Assembly (NCBI RefSeq): GCF_006345805.1
Contig: NC_043001.1
Coordinates: forward strand, 122,140,001-122,204,000
DNA from: Octopus sinensis
Taxonomy: Eukaryota
Reading direction: 5' to 3'
DNA: 64,000 nucleotides
Shown: positions 35,275 to 49,267 of the stretch, piece by piece
Position numbering within the stretch: the first letter of the stretch is position 1
Layout of the letters: the number at the start of each line of letters is the position of its first letter
Position numbers and translations under genes: made by a program
Notes under the pieces: model-generated
Database searches by the model: none
What the model was told of the DNA's origin: nothing
The model's input: the letters and a program-made list of their open reading frames with translations, nothing else

Positions 35275-36985
35275 GCTCGCTTCCGGTTACCCATGATTCA
35301 TTTGGTTTGTTGACTTTGAGTGAAACGGACGTGTTTTTTTTTACTGTGCGACGTTTTTCCTGTTGTGATGGAGGTGCGTCGAACGAAAAGTTGGGAGAAT
35401 TTGAGGGGTTCTTCCCCAGAAGGTGATTCGTCTGAGGAGGAATTGGTTAATAAGATGGATAAGGAAATAAAGAAGAACTATGCAGCGGCGGCCATAGAAA
35501 AAAATTAAAGAATATAATCAGGAAGATTTGAGTGAGTTGAAGGAAATGCTTGAAAGGGGGTGGGGAACGATGTGAAGGTGTTCCACCCCCAAAATGTATC
35601 AAAGGACAAGGAAGAAAGAACAATTGTATACAGATATTACGTCACAGCAACTAGGAAAATTGAAGTGGTGTCGGAGGCACAGGTGGAAAAGGCTCTGAGG
35701 TCAGTCTGGTAGGAGATAGCATACCTTGCCAGAGGTCAAAAATATGGAACGGTGGAGGTGTAGTTTAAGGAGATAGCAACTGCTAAATTGTACTCAGCCA
35801 CACCGTTGAAAGCGGATGAGGTAGTACTGCTACCCATGTACCACAGGGGACGTACAATCAGGGTTCAGGTGGAGGACATACCACCGGAAGTAAATGTGGC
35901 CTGGCTGGTGGCTACCATATTGCTGGGCATGGAGGAGAATGTAGTGGTCCTGCAGGCCACCAGAACGCTCCATAGGCACTGGAAATAAGAAACCCATGAA
36001 ATGGTGGCACAGGTCGCGGGGTCGAAAGTATCACAGTGGGAGAGTCGACTTTAAAGGTCAAAGTGGAAGGGAGAATCCCGCAATGTTATAAATGTGGCCT
36101 GAAAGGATGCCTTCCACCACTAGAAAAGGACAAGGAGAGACAGAGGGAAAAAGTGGTTGGTGTTACACGTCCTGAGGAGGAAGAAGAAAGTGAGGTGGAA
36201 CCACAGAAAAAAGACAGGTACCAGCGTCGAAAAGGAGGAAGAATCGAACACCAGTTGGGAAATGGTGGAGAAGAAGAGCAGGAAGAGGAGGAAAAAGACA
36301 CACATGGTAAAAAAATTACCTCAACCCACAACCATCCAGCCCTCATACACACCCACTCTACTCCAACCACTCCCTACAGACACAAACCCTCCCCATGCCC
36401 AGTCTGACAAAAAAAAAAGCAATTGCAAACACACAAGAGCCTCAAAACTACCCACCCGACTTGTAATGAAAAAATCGTATTAATGTACATTGGACAGATT
36501 CAGGAACTGTATAACGAAGTAAATTCGTGGGACGGAATAGTCAAGGTGGATATAGCAGGTGTAAGGGGTCTTCCCGAGAATGATTATTGTATGCTGACGG
36601 ACGTGGATAACCTGTGGAACGTGCATGGGTATATGGAAAACTGTGACAGTGAGTGGTGGTCCAAAAAAAGTGGACGCCAGCACAATGCCGAAAAAAATCA
36701 GATACTTGGACATTAAAAAAATATAATGTAGACATTTTGGAAAAAGACCTGGATTAATTATTGTGTAAATAATTGTGTTCAAATTGTGTATCAAATTGGC
36801 TGTTGTAAAGAGTAATATAAATGGTGTTGCTAGAGGTTCTATGAGGTCACTCGGAGGTGGGGCCGAGCGACTTCATTTCATCCTTCATTGTATAAATTCA
36901 TTCATTCCATTCGTTTTGTTTTTGTCCCCACCTTGTGCTGTCCCCTCTGTGTAAGGCCTTTATGGCCAATTCATAAAATAAAGAA
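35275..36985 (+). mobile_element. ORF1-only (HAL1-like) non-LTR retroelement, decayed
   Basis: ATG ~35368 MEVRRTKSWENLRGSSPEGDSSEEE...; RRM-like TVEV*F..LYSATPL..PMYHRGRTIRV; zinc knuckle remnant VEGRIPQCYKCGLKG; acidic/basic low-complexity tail; no RT before the 3' end. Confidence 0.65.
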
Positions 36986-37659
36986 GCTTGGTTCCGAACC
37001 ACACGGTTCTGGGTTCAGTTCCACTGCGTGGCACCTTAGGCAAGTGTCTTCTACTATAGCCTCGAGTACACCAAAGCTGTTTGTGTAAATTTGGCAGACG
37101 GAAACTGAAAGAAGCCCGTCGTATATATATGTGTGTGTGTGCGTGTGCGTGCAAGTGTATTTGTGTTTGTCCCTCCACCATCGCTTGACAACAGATGTTG
37201 GTGTGTTTACGTCCCCGTAACACTAGCGTTTGCGAAAGGATGAAAGGCAAAGAAACCTGAAAGCGCAGCCTGTGCTGCGTCTGTATCAAAAGACAGTCGC
37301 TCATCTGTAAGTCATTGAAAAGTGAAAGAAATCGGAATACGATGATATAGACACTTTATATACTTTATGTACAATTTTATAGACTTAATGCATAGCACTC
37401 ATAAAATGAATATTCGTTCTTATTTTTACATTTCCCCCAAAAACAAAACAAAAAGAAAATATCGCCGTACATATGATACAACCTTTAGTTAAATTTCATA
37501 TATCTGCCACGTAAATAAGTGTGAATATATCACGGAATTGCTCTTATGTGCATGCGTTAAGTGATAGGTGATATAAAAAAAACACTAAGTTCAATCAAAA
37601 ATAGATACACCTTTCTCTATTCACTTACCACGGCCACCTTCACCACCACCACCACCGCC

Positions 37660-37697
<38 letters not shown>

Positions 37698-38071
37698 ATG
37701 TATATATGATATTAAATGCCTCACTGGATATCTTATTGAATATTGAAAGTCACACCTTCTAAGTTTTGGTTATTCATTTTGGGGTAGTTTCTAAATAATA
37801 TTGCCATAAATTTTGAGGGGAAGTGCATATTCTATGCAATTGATTCCAGTAATTGATTGGCAGTTATTTTATCGACATACGTGTGACGAGAAGTAATGTC
37901 GATTTGCACGGGATTTGAGCTCAGAATGTAAAGATCTGGAACAAATAACACAAAACGTTTTCCGACGGTTTAACGATTCTAAATAATATAAAATTGGAGA
38001 AAATATTTCTTGATGAAAATAACACCTGAAGACGTTTTAGTATTACATCTGGGTTGCTATGATTACAGCAG

Positions 38072-38229
38072 TTATCGATGGCTAAGTTTGATACGAATGC
38101 CATTGGAAGGATTGAGTACCAAGTCAAAAGATGGCTCAAGCTCTTCTATTGTCTGTGTCGTTTCAAGATTAAATTTGTGGATGATTCGTGATATTACGAC
38201 TTTCTCCTCTAACATAGCGAATTTCTGAC
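38072..38229 (-). CDS. CYP4V2: CYP4V-like terminal exon, G-QKFAMLEEKVV...NGIRIKLSHR*
   Basis: gatttcag| acceptor, stop at 38074-38072. Confidence 0.93.
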
Positions 38230-39780
38230 CTGAAATCACAGAGAATAGATATTTTGAAAGTACTTTTGAATTCATTGAGTCACAGGAAAAAAATTAAAAT
38301 AATTAGAGTAGCTTGTTAGATCAATCACATTTTTTAAATGCAAAATATCGCAAATACATGAATGAATGATATTTACATTGCTGAAGCAGAATAAAAGAGA
38401 AACATATTTGCATATATAGGCGCAGGAGTGGTTGTGTGGTAAGTAGCTTGCTTACCAACCACATGGTTTCGGGTTCAGTCCCACTACGTGGCACCTTGGG
38501 CAAGTGAAAGAAGCCCATTGTATATATGTGTGTGTGTATGTGTTTGTGTTTACCCCCCCCCCCCAACATCGCTTGATAACCGATGCTGGTGTGCTTACAT
38601 TCCCGTAACTTAGCGATAGAGTAAGTAATAGGCTTACAAAGAATAAATCTTGGGGTCGATTTGCTCGACTAAAGGCAGTGCTCCAGCATGGCCACAGTCA
38701 AATGACTGAAACAAGTAAAAGAGTAAAAGAGTAAAAAGAGTATATATTCTTATAATATTTACACAATAAATTGAATAAAATTTATTATGACGATAAAGGA
38801 GCACTCCGACGGTTACGACGACGAGGGTCCCAGCTGATACGATCAACAGAATAGCTTGCTCTTGAAATCAACGTGCAAGTGGCTGAGCAATCCACCGACA
38901 CGTGTATCCTTAACGTAGTTCACAAAGAAATTCAGCGAGATACAGAGTGTGATAAGGCTGGCCCTTTGAAATACAGGTATAACTTATTTTTGCCAGCTGA
39001 GTGAACTGGAGCAACGTGAATTAAAGTGCCTTGCTCAAGGACACAATACGTCGCTTTACAATCGAATGCCCTAACCACTAAGCCACGCGACTTCACATTA
39101 TGATCACAACTTCTCCCTTTACATGTATACGAAGGAAGTAAAGAAGATAGTGTTGTTGTTGTTGTAATTGTTAAGTTCCAGCTAATGGTTAACCAAACGA
39201 TCAGTACCTAACGTCTGTGACAACATTTAGTTATGAGTTACTCTTTGAATTCTTCGGATGTGTAAACAAAAATTGTCTGGAGTGTATATTGATATTAATA
39301 ATAATAAATAGACTTGTCACATTCGTAAAATTTAGCTTTTGTAAAATTATCTTCACCGTTCATACAAGGCGAGATAAAGAAATAAGTTGAAACGGAAATA
39401 TTTAACAGAAAGTAAAGAATGCAATGATTTATAACTGGCAGAGGCTCTACACACCATTAGGAAGGCACGGTTGATCCTAGTACCTGTGACTTCCGGTGGA
39501 ATAGGAACTTAGACTGAAAAGGGAAGCAAAGGTATGCAGACGAAATCTTCCGACTTTCTGATAGTAAATTATTCAATGTAAAATAGAACACAGAAAAATA
39601 TAATCACTATATAGGCGTAGGAGTGGCTGTGTGGTAAGTAGCTTGTTTACCAACCACATGGTTCCGGGTTCAGTCTCACTGCGTGGCACCTTGGGCAAGT
39701 GTCTTCTACTATAGCCTCGGGCCGACCAAAGCCTAGTGAGTGGATTTGGTAGACGGAAACTGAAAGAAACCCGTCGTATG

Positions 39781-39856
<76 letters not shown>

Positions 39857-40345
39857 CATATGTTTGTGTGTCTGTGTTTGTCCTCCCAGCATCGCTTGAC
39901 AACCGATGCTGGTGTGTTTACGTCCCCGTAACTTATCGATTCGGCAAAAGAGACCGATAGAATAAGTACTAGGCTTACAAAGAATAAGTCCTGGGGTCGA
40001 TTTGCTCGACTAAAGGTGGTGCTCCAGCATGGCCACAGTCAAATGACTGAAACAAGTAAAAGAGTAAAAGAGAAAGAGTACTATGTACATTAGACACCCT
40101 GATCTTTGAGCTACGCATCCTGTTGAGTATCCTACAAAGGAAACTCATTTTTGTTGCTTATATTTACGATCGTATTCTTTCAGTCACTACCAACATTCGT
40201 GACCAAAGGTGAGAATAGGCAAGGAAACCGATTTGAAGATAGCAAGTTGCAGTCCGCAAATCTTTCTGAAAATTGACTCACTAAAAAGAGAAATATTTTT
40301 TTTTTTTAAAAGGAGTTTTTAAAGCACTTCCACCAAATCCCTATC

Positions 40346-40388
<43 letters not shown>

Positions 40389-43300
40389 AACAACAACAAT
40401 AACAAAAACGGCAACAACAGAACTTACCTATGCAGTTACGAGGCCCTGCTGAGAATGGTATAAAGGCATGCGGTGACCTGTCGGTATCTTCTAGAAGAAA
40501 TCTATCAGGATCGAATGTGTCTGGGTCTGGAAAGTTTTGGGGATCTCTATGTAGAGAAGAAATCACTATTGAGATAGGAGTACCCTTCTTTACTTCATGA
40601 TGACCTGTAAATATAATTTCAGCATTTTGAATCTTAATCACTACAATGTAAGATTGGTTTCAGATTTTGGCACAATGCCAGCAATTTCGGGGGAGGGTTT
40701 AAGTGGATTAAATCTACCCCAGTGCTCAACTGGTACTTATTTTATGGACCCCGAGGGGATGAAAGGCAAAGTCGATCTCAGTGGAATCTGAGATTTTTTT
40801 ATGTCTGGATGAAAGACAAAATGATCATGGCTGGAGCGCTGTTCAATCAATGCTGACTTGAAGTTTAAGCCACATCATAATCATTTGAAATTTTCGCACA
40901 AAGCCAGCGATTTCGGGCAAGATGGTAAGTCGATTACTTCAACCCCAGTGTTTAACTGATACTTATTTTATCGACCCCGAAAGGCAAAGTCAACCTCGGC
41001 GGAATTTGAACTCAGGGCGTAAAGACGGACGAAATGCCGCTAAGCATTTTGCCCGGCGTGTTAACGATTCTTCCAGCTCGCCTTAAGCCACTTCAATGAT
41101 GATTTTAGCACAAGACTAACAATTTCGAAGAGGGGATTCATCGATGACTTTGACCCCAGATTTTAACTGGCACTTACTTTATCGACCCCGGTTTCAACTT
41201 GAAAGAACAGGCCTATCATCAAATGCTTTTCAAACCTGACCGTTTCATCTCCTCTATATCTCTGACTATATTGATCATTATGTCATTACTTTAGTTAAGA
41301 ATGTGGGATGTGATTTGAGTTATATTTGGCTGTTGTTACTGACTTATCAAACCACCTCACTGGGTTGCCATTCGTGGTTATTCATCATCATAAGAAATAA
41401 ACTTACCAATTTTGAAATCCTCAGCAGACACACGTCCAATTATTGGTACAGATGGATAAAGACGTTGAACCTCCTTAAACAAAAAACACAGTAAATATTA
41501 TTTTCAATTTATTATTAAATAATAAAGTATTTCAGCTCTTAACTTCATTTTTGTAGATTTATGTAAAAAGTCCTTAACAGCATTTATTGAATAAGGTGAA
41601 ATAAACTCATTCAAGCGTTACTACTCTTCAATGTAAACTTAGCCTCTTATCCCTCGGAATTGAAAAAAGAAAGTACCAGTTAAATATTGTGGGCGATCTA
41701 ATCGACTAACACCGACTCGTAACTTCCCGGCTTTGTAATTCTGTGAGAAATTATTGTTGTGTGCAGGGTGGATCCGACTAACGTTTGAGTCCATCGTGAA
41801 AATTGTCACGTTGTTTTGATTTGGAGAGAAAGTTTAAGCTGTCTTCCTTTGTTTGATGGCTTTCGTGAAAGAGATTTGAAAGGGGCGGAGTCTGGTTCAG
41901 ACAAGATGGTTAGAAACGGACCGGAAAAAGTTGTTCTTGAAAGGTCAGGAGGAAAAGTATAATGCAGACACTGATGATCTCGTTATGCTGTCTCTAATGA
42001 TGCGCAGGAGCGCAATGAGAGTGATGTAGCTACAGAAATATTTAATGACGACGAAGAAAATGAGAATTAACAGTTGTGGTATCTGTCTTGCAACATGTCT
42101 CTCCGCAGCTCGTGTCTTTGACAGAATTGCAATCATGGGTCAAACGTAGAGCAAGGTTGAGCGTTTGTGATCTAAAATGTTGTGAGGATAGCACTGCATT
42201 TTTGCCATCGAGATAGTAGAGGGTCTAAACAACAATAGGAGGACATATGAAATTCCCCAGAACTTCTCTACTTCTTCTGAATATCGTACAAAAAATTACA
42301 CTATTTTACCCAAAATTGTTTTCTTTTTTCATTCATGACAATAAATCGCATGCGACAAGATCTCAAAATGGTTTGAATTTCGAACTTCAAAACCTGATTT
42401 TGCTACCAGTTTCTTTGGGTTCTAGTTCGTATTTTATCTCTGACAATCTTCAGTCATATATTAATAACCAGACTTCATATTTAAGATACAGAAAATAGGA
42501 ATGATTATACTATTTCAGTAATGTCTATTAGTTTAACGGTTGAACTGGTACTCCGTCGGTAACGAAGACGAGTGTGATATTTGATCCAATCAACGGATCA
42601 ATCTGCTCATAAAATCGATGTATAAGCGGCTGAGCACTCTACTCTCACGTGTGCCCTTAAAGTAGTTCCCACGTAGATTCAGTGTGACACAAGATGTAAC
42701 CAGAGTGGCTACTTCGAATTACAGGTACAATTAATTTTTGCCAGCTGAGGGGACTGGAACAATGTGAAATAAAGTGTCATGCTCAAGGACGTAACGCTTA
42801 GAATCGAACTTACTGCTTAGAATCGAACTTACGACCTTACGATCGAGATCAGAATACCCTAACCAATAAGCTACACACCTTCACAGTTTAACAGTTGTAT
42901 CTCTTATTATAAAAGGCAGATTTTATCTGCCTCCCTTTGTCAGTTATAGAAATCTACAATATAGGATTTCTTCAATTACAATTTACCTAGCATTTTTAAG
43001 AGTAGAATGCATCGGGTTTTGCCAGGTCCAGTTTTTAAAATTTAAACTCCAATTAAGCAAAATTTACAGAAAACTCACATTCTGGTGTGTATGTCAAATG
43101 CTTTTCTTAGTCTGGTTTACAGCACACGCAAACGCACACACACAGTGTGCAACGAATAAAGTGAAACTAGATGTAATATTTGTTTCTGTCTATCACGCTG
43201 ATAGATACATGAGTAAAATGTATGGCAAGCTAACAGATAAGGGTGAGTGAAAATGTTCTTGGAAGAGAGTAAATAGCGACAGAGTGATTTGAGGAAGACT

Positions 43301-46300
43301 AAACTGAAAGTATGAAAAAGTGTTTATGTATAAACAGACGACACTTATATATAGTTATAAATGTATGCATCCGTTTAACCCTTTCGTTACCAAACCGCCC
43401 GAATTTACCTATTCATATTTAAATGAGAATATCAGAGTAAATCTCTTTAGTACATTCGTGAAAACACGTATTATACTTCGTAAACACTTCAAATACAGTT
43501 TTGTACAAAAATCGAAGTGTAATTTTAATTCCGTGAATTATGGGAGATTTTTTTCCGAAATTTGTTCCTATTGTGTTTTCAAAATTTGTAATTCTGACAA
43601 AAAATGGATACGAATTTCATTATATCAAGCAGCGAGTCAGAATTCGAAGGATTTTCTACTGAAGACCTTCATAAATCTAACTCTATGACTGAAAAAAAAA
43701 GCATCTTTATATAAGAGTGAAGTTGTGTGTCTGTCTCCTACGATTTAGATTCGTAACTACTCCCACATTTTGCGGTGCAGTTTAACCAAAAGCGGGTATC
43801 TTATAGTCGTGATTCATATCGAGCCCTTCTGGGTATTAGCGCGCGTCTACGATGAGTCCACGATTTAAAAAAAATTTAGCATCATATTTTTCCATTTTAA
43901 TGCATTTTTTCGCTTTTATATAGGGGAAGTAACTCTCTAAAAATATCTACGATGTGTCAACGATTTAAAAAAAAAATTTACCTTAATTTTTTTTCAATTT
44001 TTAATGCATTTTTTTGCTATTTTTTGGCTATAACTCTCTAAAAATGCTTATATAGTTATTTCCCTTATAATCCGAGCAAAGCCGGGCGATACTGCTAGTT
44101 GTCCATATAAATTTGTCATCTCTAAAACAGGAAAAAAAGAAAGCCTTAATTGCAACAAACTTCATATAAATGGCTCAGAATTTGATACAAAGTTACGGTA
44201 ACTTGAAATATTTTACAGATTAATATTCAAAGGATAATACTTAAACGATATGAAATTAAAATATATATTAAATATCTCCTCCGTATTTTGTTTTACTGTT
44301 TATCATAAATTCTGAGTACTTTATTGACTCCATAATTTAGTAATTGTAATTAACGCATGCCTAGAATAAAGATGTCTAACTTAAGGCGGCGAGCTGGCAG
44401 AAACGTTAACGCCCCGGGCGAATTGTTTAGCGCTATTTCGTTTGTATTTACAATCTGAGTTCAAATTAAGCCGAGGTCGACTTTTCCTTTCATCTTTTCG
44501 GGGTCGATAAATTAAGTACCAGTTATGTACTGGAGTCGATCTAATCAACTGGCCCTCTCACCCTGAAATTTTGGGCCTTATCCTTAGAGTAGAAAAGAAT
44601 AGGTTAAACATTTATTTTGTTATAATTTCTGTTTACCTTGATAATACATTCCAAATAGAACAGTTTCTTAATATTTGACAGTGTGAGTTCTTCATTTTCA
44701 CCTTGAATAAAAAGAAAGCAGAAAAGTATGTGTTTACGAACATAGAACAACTTTACAACAACAATAATAAAAATAATAGCTCATCTAATACTTAGAGTTA
44801 CTTTCTAAAAATCTTTCACATATGTTTTACTTGTTCCGGTATTTGAACTTCTGTTAAAGTTCGCCCTTCAAGAATTTCAGTCAGTATATCGACCATGGAA
44901 ATTAGTGTTATATTTACTGTGTTACTCAGACACGTGAGTTTTGTATACATTGAATCAGGCATGTATAGGAGATACAGCCAATGTGAGAATATCATATGAA
45001 ACACAACCACTTGGAATTAGGTTTAAAGCATTAATTCAATCCTCTAAATATATCCACCTGGCATTACTATCTATCTTCACATGTTACCTTATTTGTAATT
45101 CTAACAACTGGAGAGTAATAGTTAGAATCGTTATCATTATATATCAATATAAGAGTAAGTTTTGAATATTTCATTTCTGGAGGCCAAAAACTTAACTTCA
45201 GAAACTTTTAAAACAAAACTGCTGTCCTAGGTCCAGTGAAGACCATGTTTGGGAGTGTGGCAACTGAAAGTCGATCAGCTACTCACAGTTCTTTGCCAAG
45301 AAAGGAAACCAGGAATTGGCACTTCAACCCTTGCAGATTATGAAAGTTGGGAAAAAGTGAGAAAGTGGATATTCACGAGGATATTCTTGGAGTCAATGTG
45401 GACGTCAGCAATTCCGGAGGATTATCAGACAAGAGATTACGGGAAACCTGTGTAAATTCCAATCCTAGAAGTGCTAACGGAGTGGAAGGGGAGTCCTAAT
45501 TCGCAATCAATACGGCAGGTACGCCAGCACCGTCAACCTAGGTCTCTCCGACACTTGAATAGATCGGTAAAACCATTTTGAACGTTTCGTTCATTTTCGA
45601 ACCTTGCTGACATGTAGTGTTATGTGAAACAGCTCTGTAGTCAAGTTCAGGACGTGTCCTCTTATCCCTTGTGTCTATTGTAAGATCTTCCTGCTGTCCT
45701 CTTTTGACCGGGAATGGCAAATCTTGTATTTTTTGAAATGGTGGACAAACTGAAATGATTGGATGTAGACACTTGAGCCCTCATGAAGAACATCATCTTT
45801 TCCAAGTTCCTCTTGAAATGGCCTGTATGAATTGACATAATCTCAACATGCACCAGTGGGTCGGAAAACACATCTGGTAAAGATAATCTTGGATTTGCTA
45901 GTTCCCTGTTTGTCTCCTGGTATCTGTCCCTTTTATTATGTTTTCCATACATATTTCTAATTTTCATAATAATTCAGTGAAAAGCCCCAACTTTTTAAGT
46001 AATTTGACCCTGTATCGACCTGATTATCCGTCATTACTTTGGCAAATACAGGAATTTATTATTTTTAAATGCTGATAATCATTTTGTTCGGTGCAGCAAC
46101 GAATTGTCCTGCACGCCGTGGCAACATTTGCAAAATATTAATCACAACAATAAAACGAGAGTTTGTATGAAGTTCATAACTCACCATAAAAATCATCGAC
46201 TTCTTTCTGTAACTTCTTTTGTACATTTGGATAAGCGGCTATGAAGTATAATGTCCAGCTAATTCCTGCAGCCGTTGTATCATGACCCTGGAGGAACAGC

Positions 46301-49210
46301 GTAAACATTTCATTTTAATGGATACTGAATACATGATAACTCGGAAAGTCAGAGGCTATATTTCAGAATTATGCAACATTTAGCATAACTACGCACACCA
46401 TAATTAGGCTTACAAAATGAAAAGTAATATAAGATGCATTTAGACAAAATTCAATTGAGACAGTTCAGCAAACATTAGGGTAATTAAATGTTGTTGAAAG
46501 GTTTACAGTGCAGTGTTTTTCACGTTGTACTTATTAAATGTGGACACATGCACCGGAAAATTCAATAAGTATTGGTTTCAGATTTTAGCAGCGTGGGGGC
46601 AAGTCGATTGCATCAATCCCAGTGATCAAATGGTACCTATTTAATCGATGCCGACTGGATGAAAAAGTTGACCATGATGGATTTTGAACTCAGAACGCTG
46701 CGACGTAAAAAAATGGTGTGCTAACGATTCTGCCAGTTCACCTTTCTTAAATGCAGTGTTTTCTTATCTTATTTCTTTATTGCCCACAAGAGGCTAAACA
46801 TAGAGGGGACAAACAAGGACAGACAAAGGGATTAATTCGATTACATCGACCCCAGTGCGTAACTGGTACTTAATCTATCGACCCCGAAATGATGAAAGGC
46901 AAAGTCAACCTCGGCGGAATTTGAACTCAGAACGTAACGGCAGACAAAATACCGCTAGGCATTTCGCCCGGCGTGTTAACGATTCTGCCAGCTCGCCATG
47001 TTTTCTTATCTGTAGAAAGTACGGTACAACAGTTATTAGATTTGTTTTTCAAGTCAGACGGTAAAAATAAAAATTGTGCTTTTGAATGTAGACAGTAGAG
47101 AACTGTTCACATTATACGTATTAACTGTTGATAAAGCAATCCTGTAAACATAATATTTATTAAATATTTATTAGATATAGGCGCAATCATAACTTTGTGG
47201 TCAACAAGCTCGTTTTGAAACTTCCTGGTTTCAAGTTCAGTATTACAGCACGGAACTTTGGGTATTTTCTGCCATAACTCCGGACCGACCAATGCCTTGT
47301 AGACAGCAATTGTGTGGAAGTCCATCGCAGACATGAACATGTGTGTCCGTGCGTTTGATTTTAATACAATAATAAATTCAATGTATGAATTATTACGGAC
47401 ATATTTCAAACCGTAGTCTGAGAAACAAATGAGTGTGCCTCCATACATTTGGTCGACCTGATACTTACACTTAGATTAAAGATAATAACGGTCTTATCTA
47501 CCTGGACATTGATATATGTAAATACAGACATAATGTATACTGAATTGTCGGTGACAGATTCCACCTATAAACTGAAGTTAGTGGCTGTGTGGTAAGTAGC
47601 TTGTTTACCAACCACATGGTTCCGGGTTCAGTTCCACTGCGTGGCACCTTGGGCAGGTGTCTTCCACTATAGCCTCGGGCCGACCAAAGCCTTGTGAGTG
47701 GATTTGGTAAACGGAAACTGAAAGAAGCCCGTCGTATATATGTATATATACATATGTGTGTGTGTTTGTGTGTCTGTGTTTGTCCCCTTAGCATTGCTTG
47801 ACAACCGATGCTGGTGTGTTTACGTCCCCGTCACTTAGCGGTTCGGCAAAAGAGACCGATAGAATAAGTACTGGGCTTACAAAGGAATAAGTCACGGGGT
47901 CGAGCTGTTCGATTAAAGGCGGTGCTCCAGCATGGCCGCAGTCAAACGACTGAAACAATTAAAAGAGTAAAAGAGAATTATAGCCTTGAAAACTTTCAGA
48001 TAGCATTTTAATGAATATCAATGTTCTAAATAAACTCACCTCGAACATAAATGTGTCTACTTCTTCTCTCAATGACTTTTTGTCTATTTCCCCTTTGTGT
48101 AAATGATCAAGGAGCGTATCTAAAAAAGCCATTTTCTTTCTCTGTGTGTCTCCCTCTTCATTATCAGTTTTTTCCTTCGCGTCTTTTATATAGAGTGCAC
48201 TGCGTTCTTCAATCACCTATAACAATTGAAACAAATTGGGACAATGATGAATAAATAGCAAAGAGAAAATTAAAGATGCACAGGCGTATGTATGTTTCGT
48301 CGTCGTCGTCGTCGTCGTCGGCGGCGGCATCCGTCCGTCTCGAGAGACGATGGTGTAGCTCGGAAAAGGAGGTGGGTTTATCTGCACTTCCTGGTGTGGC
48401 TGTGCAGACCAATCATCGAGTGGCAGTCTCTACCACATATGGTGCATGTGAAAGGGAATGAGAGCTGAGCTTATCACCGGTAACTGTCCCTTCCCGTGTT
48501 GTGTCAGGATCTTACGATACTGTCCTCTTCGTTGAGCTACAAGTCCTGGGCAGGTTTATATGAGGGATCAGCTGTTGCCCATGCAGTTTGATCCACCCTC
48601 CCCACGCAGCTGGTAGCTCCAAGGGAACGACGGGTGGCGCCAGCTTGGTACCAGATGCGTCGCAGGAGTTGCCGGTGATGGCGTGTTGTGTCAAGCCGCC
48701 TTAGGGATTCCGGCTCCGGATTTTCTGTCGGGGTTTACTCCCTTAGCCTTCCGCAGCAGGGAGTCCTGCCGCAAGGCAGCGGAGGTTTGAAATCGGAGTT
48801 TCCTTCTCCTAGTTGGGCTGCCAGCCAAGCTATCGAGTCCCAACTACCCGAAGCATGTTTAGGGTTATGTTTACTTGACGACCGTGTATTTCAGGGATCG
48901 ATCCCACTGCACGACAGTTTGGGTAAGTGTCTTCTTTTCTAAGTTTAACAAATTGTGTGGAATACTGTCTTTATATCTGTGAATGACAGATTTGCTTTTC
49001 ATAGCTGACGAAGCGAAAGGGCACAGAAACCCTAGCCCCATACGATCAAGTGGCGTCATTTACAACTCAGGGTTTGAACATAGATCTTGGAGAAGAAATT
49101 TCTTCCGGGATTATTTCCGCAGCGGAAAGTTTGCTCACGTCCGTTGAATGCACTTGAATGTGTTAAATATGATTTTACAAGAATAAATCTTATTGAACGC
49201 TGACAACACA

Positions 49211-49267
<57 letters not shown>

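Noticed and set aside
45230-45967. Coding-like minus-strand ORFs in CYP4 intron
   Set aside because: No motif I can assign; likely an old TE remnant, not reportable as a gene.
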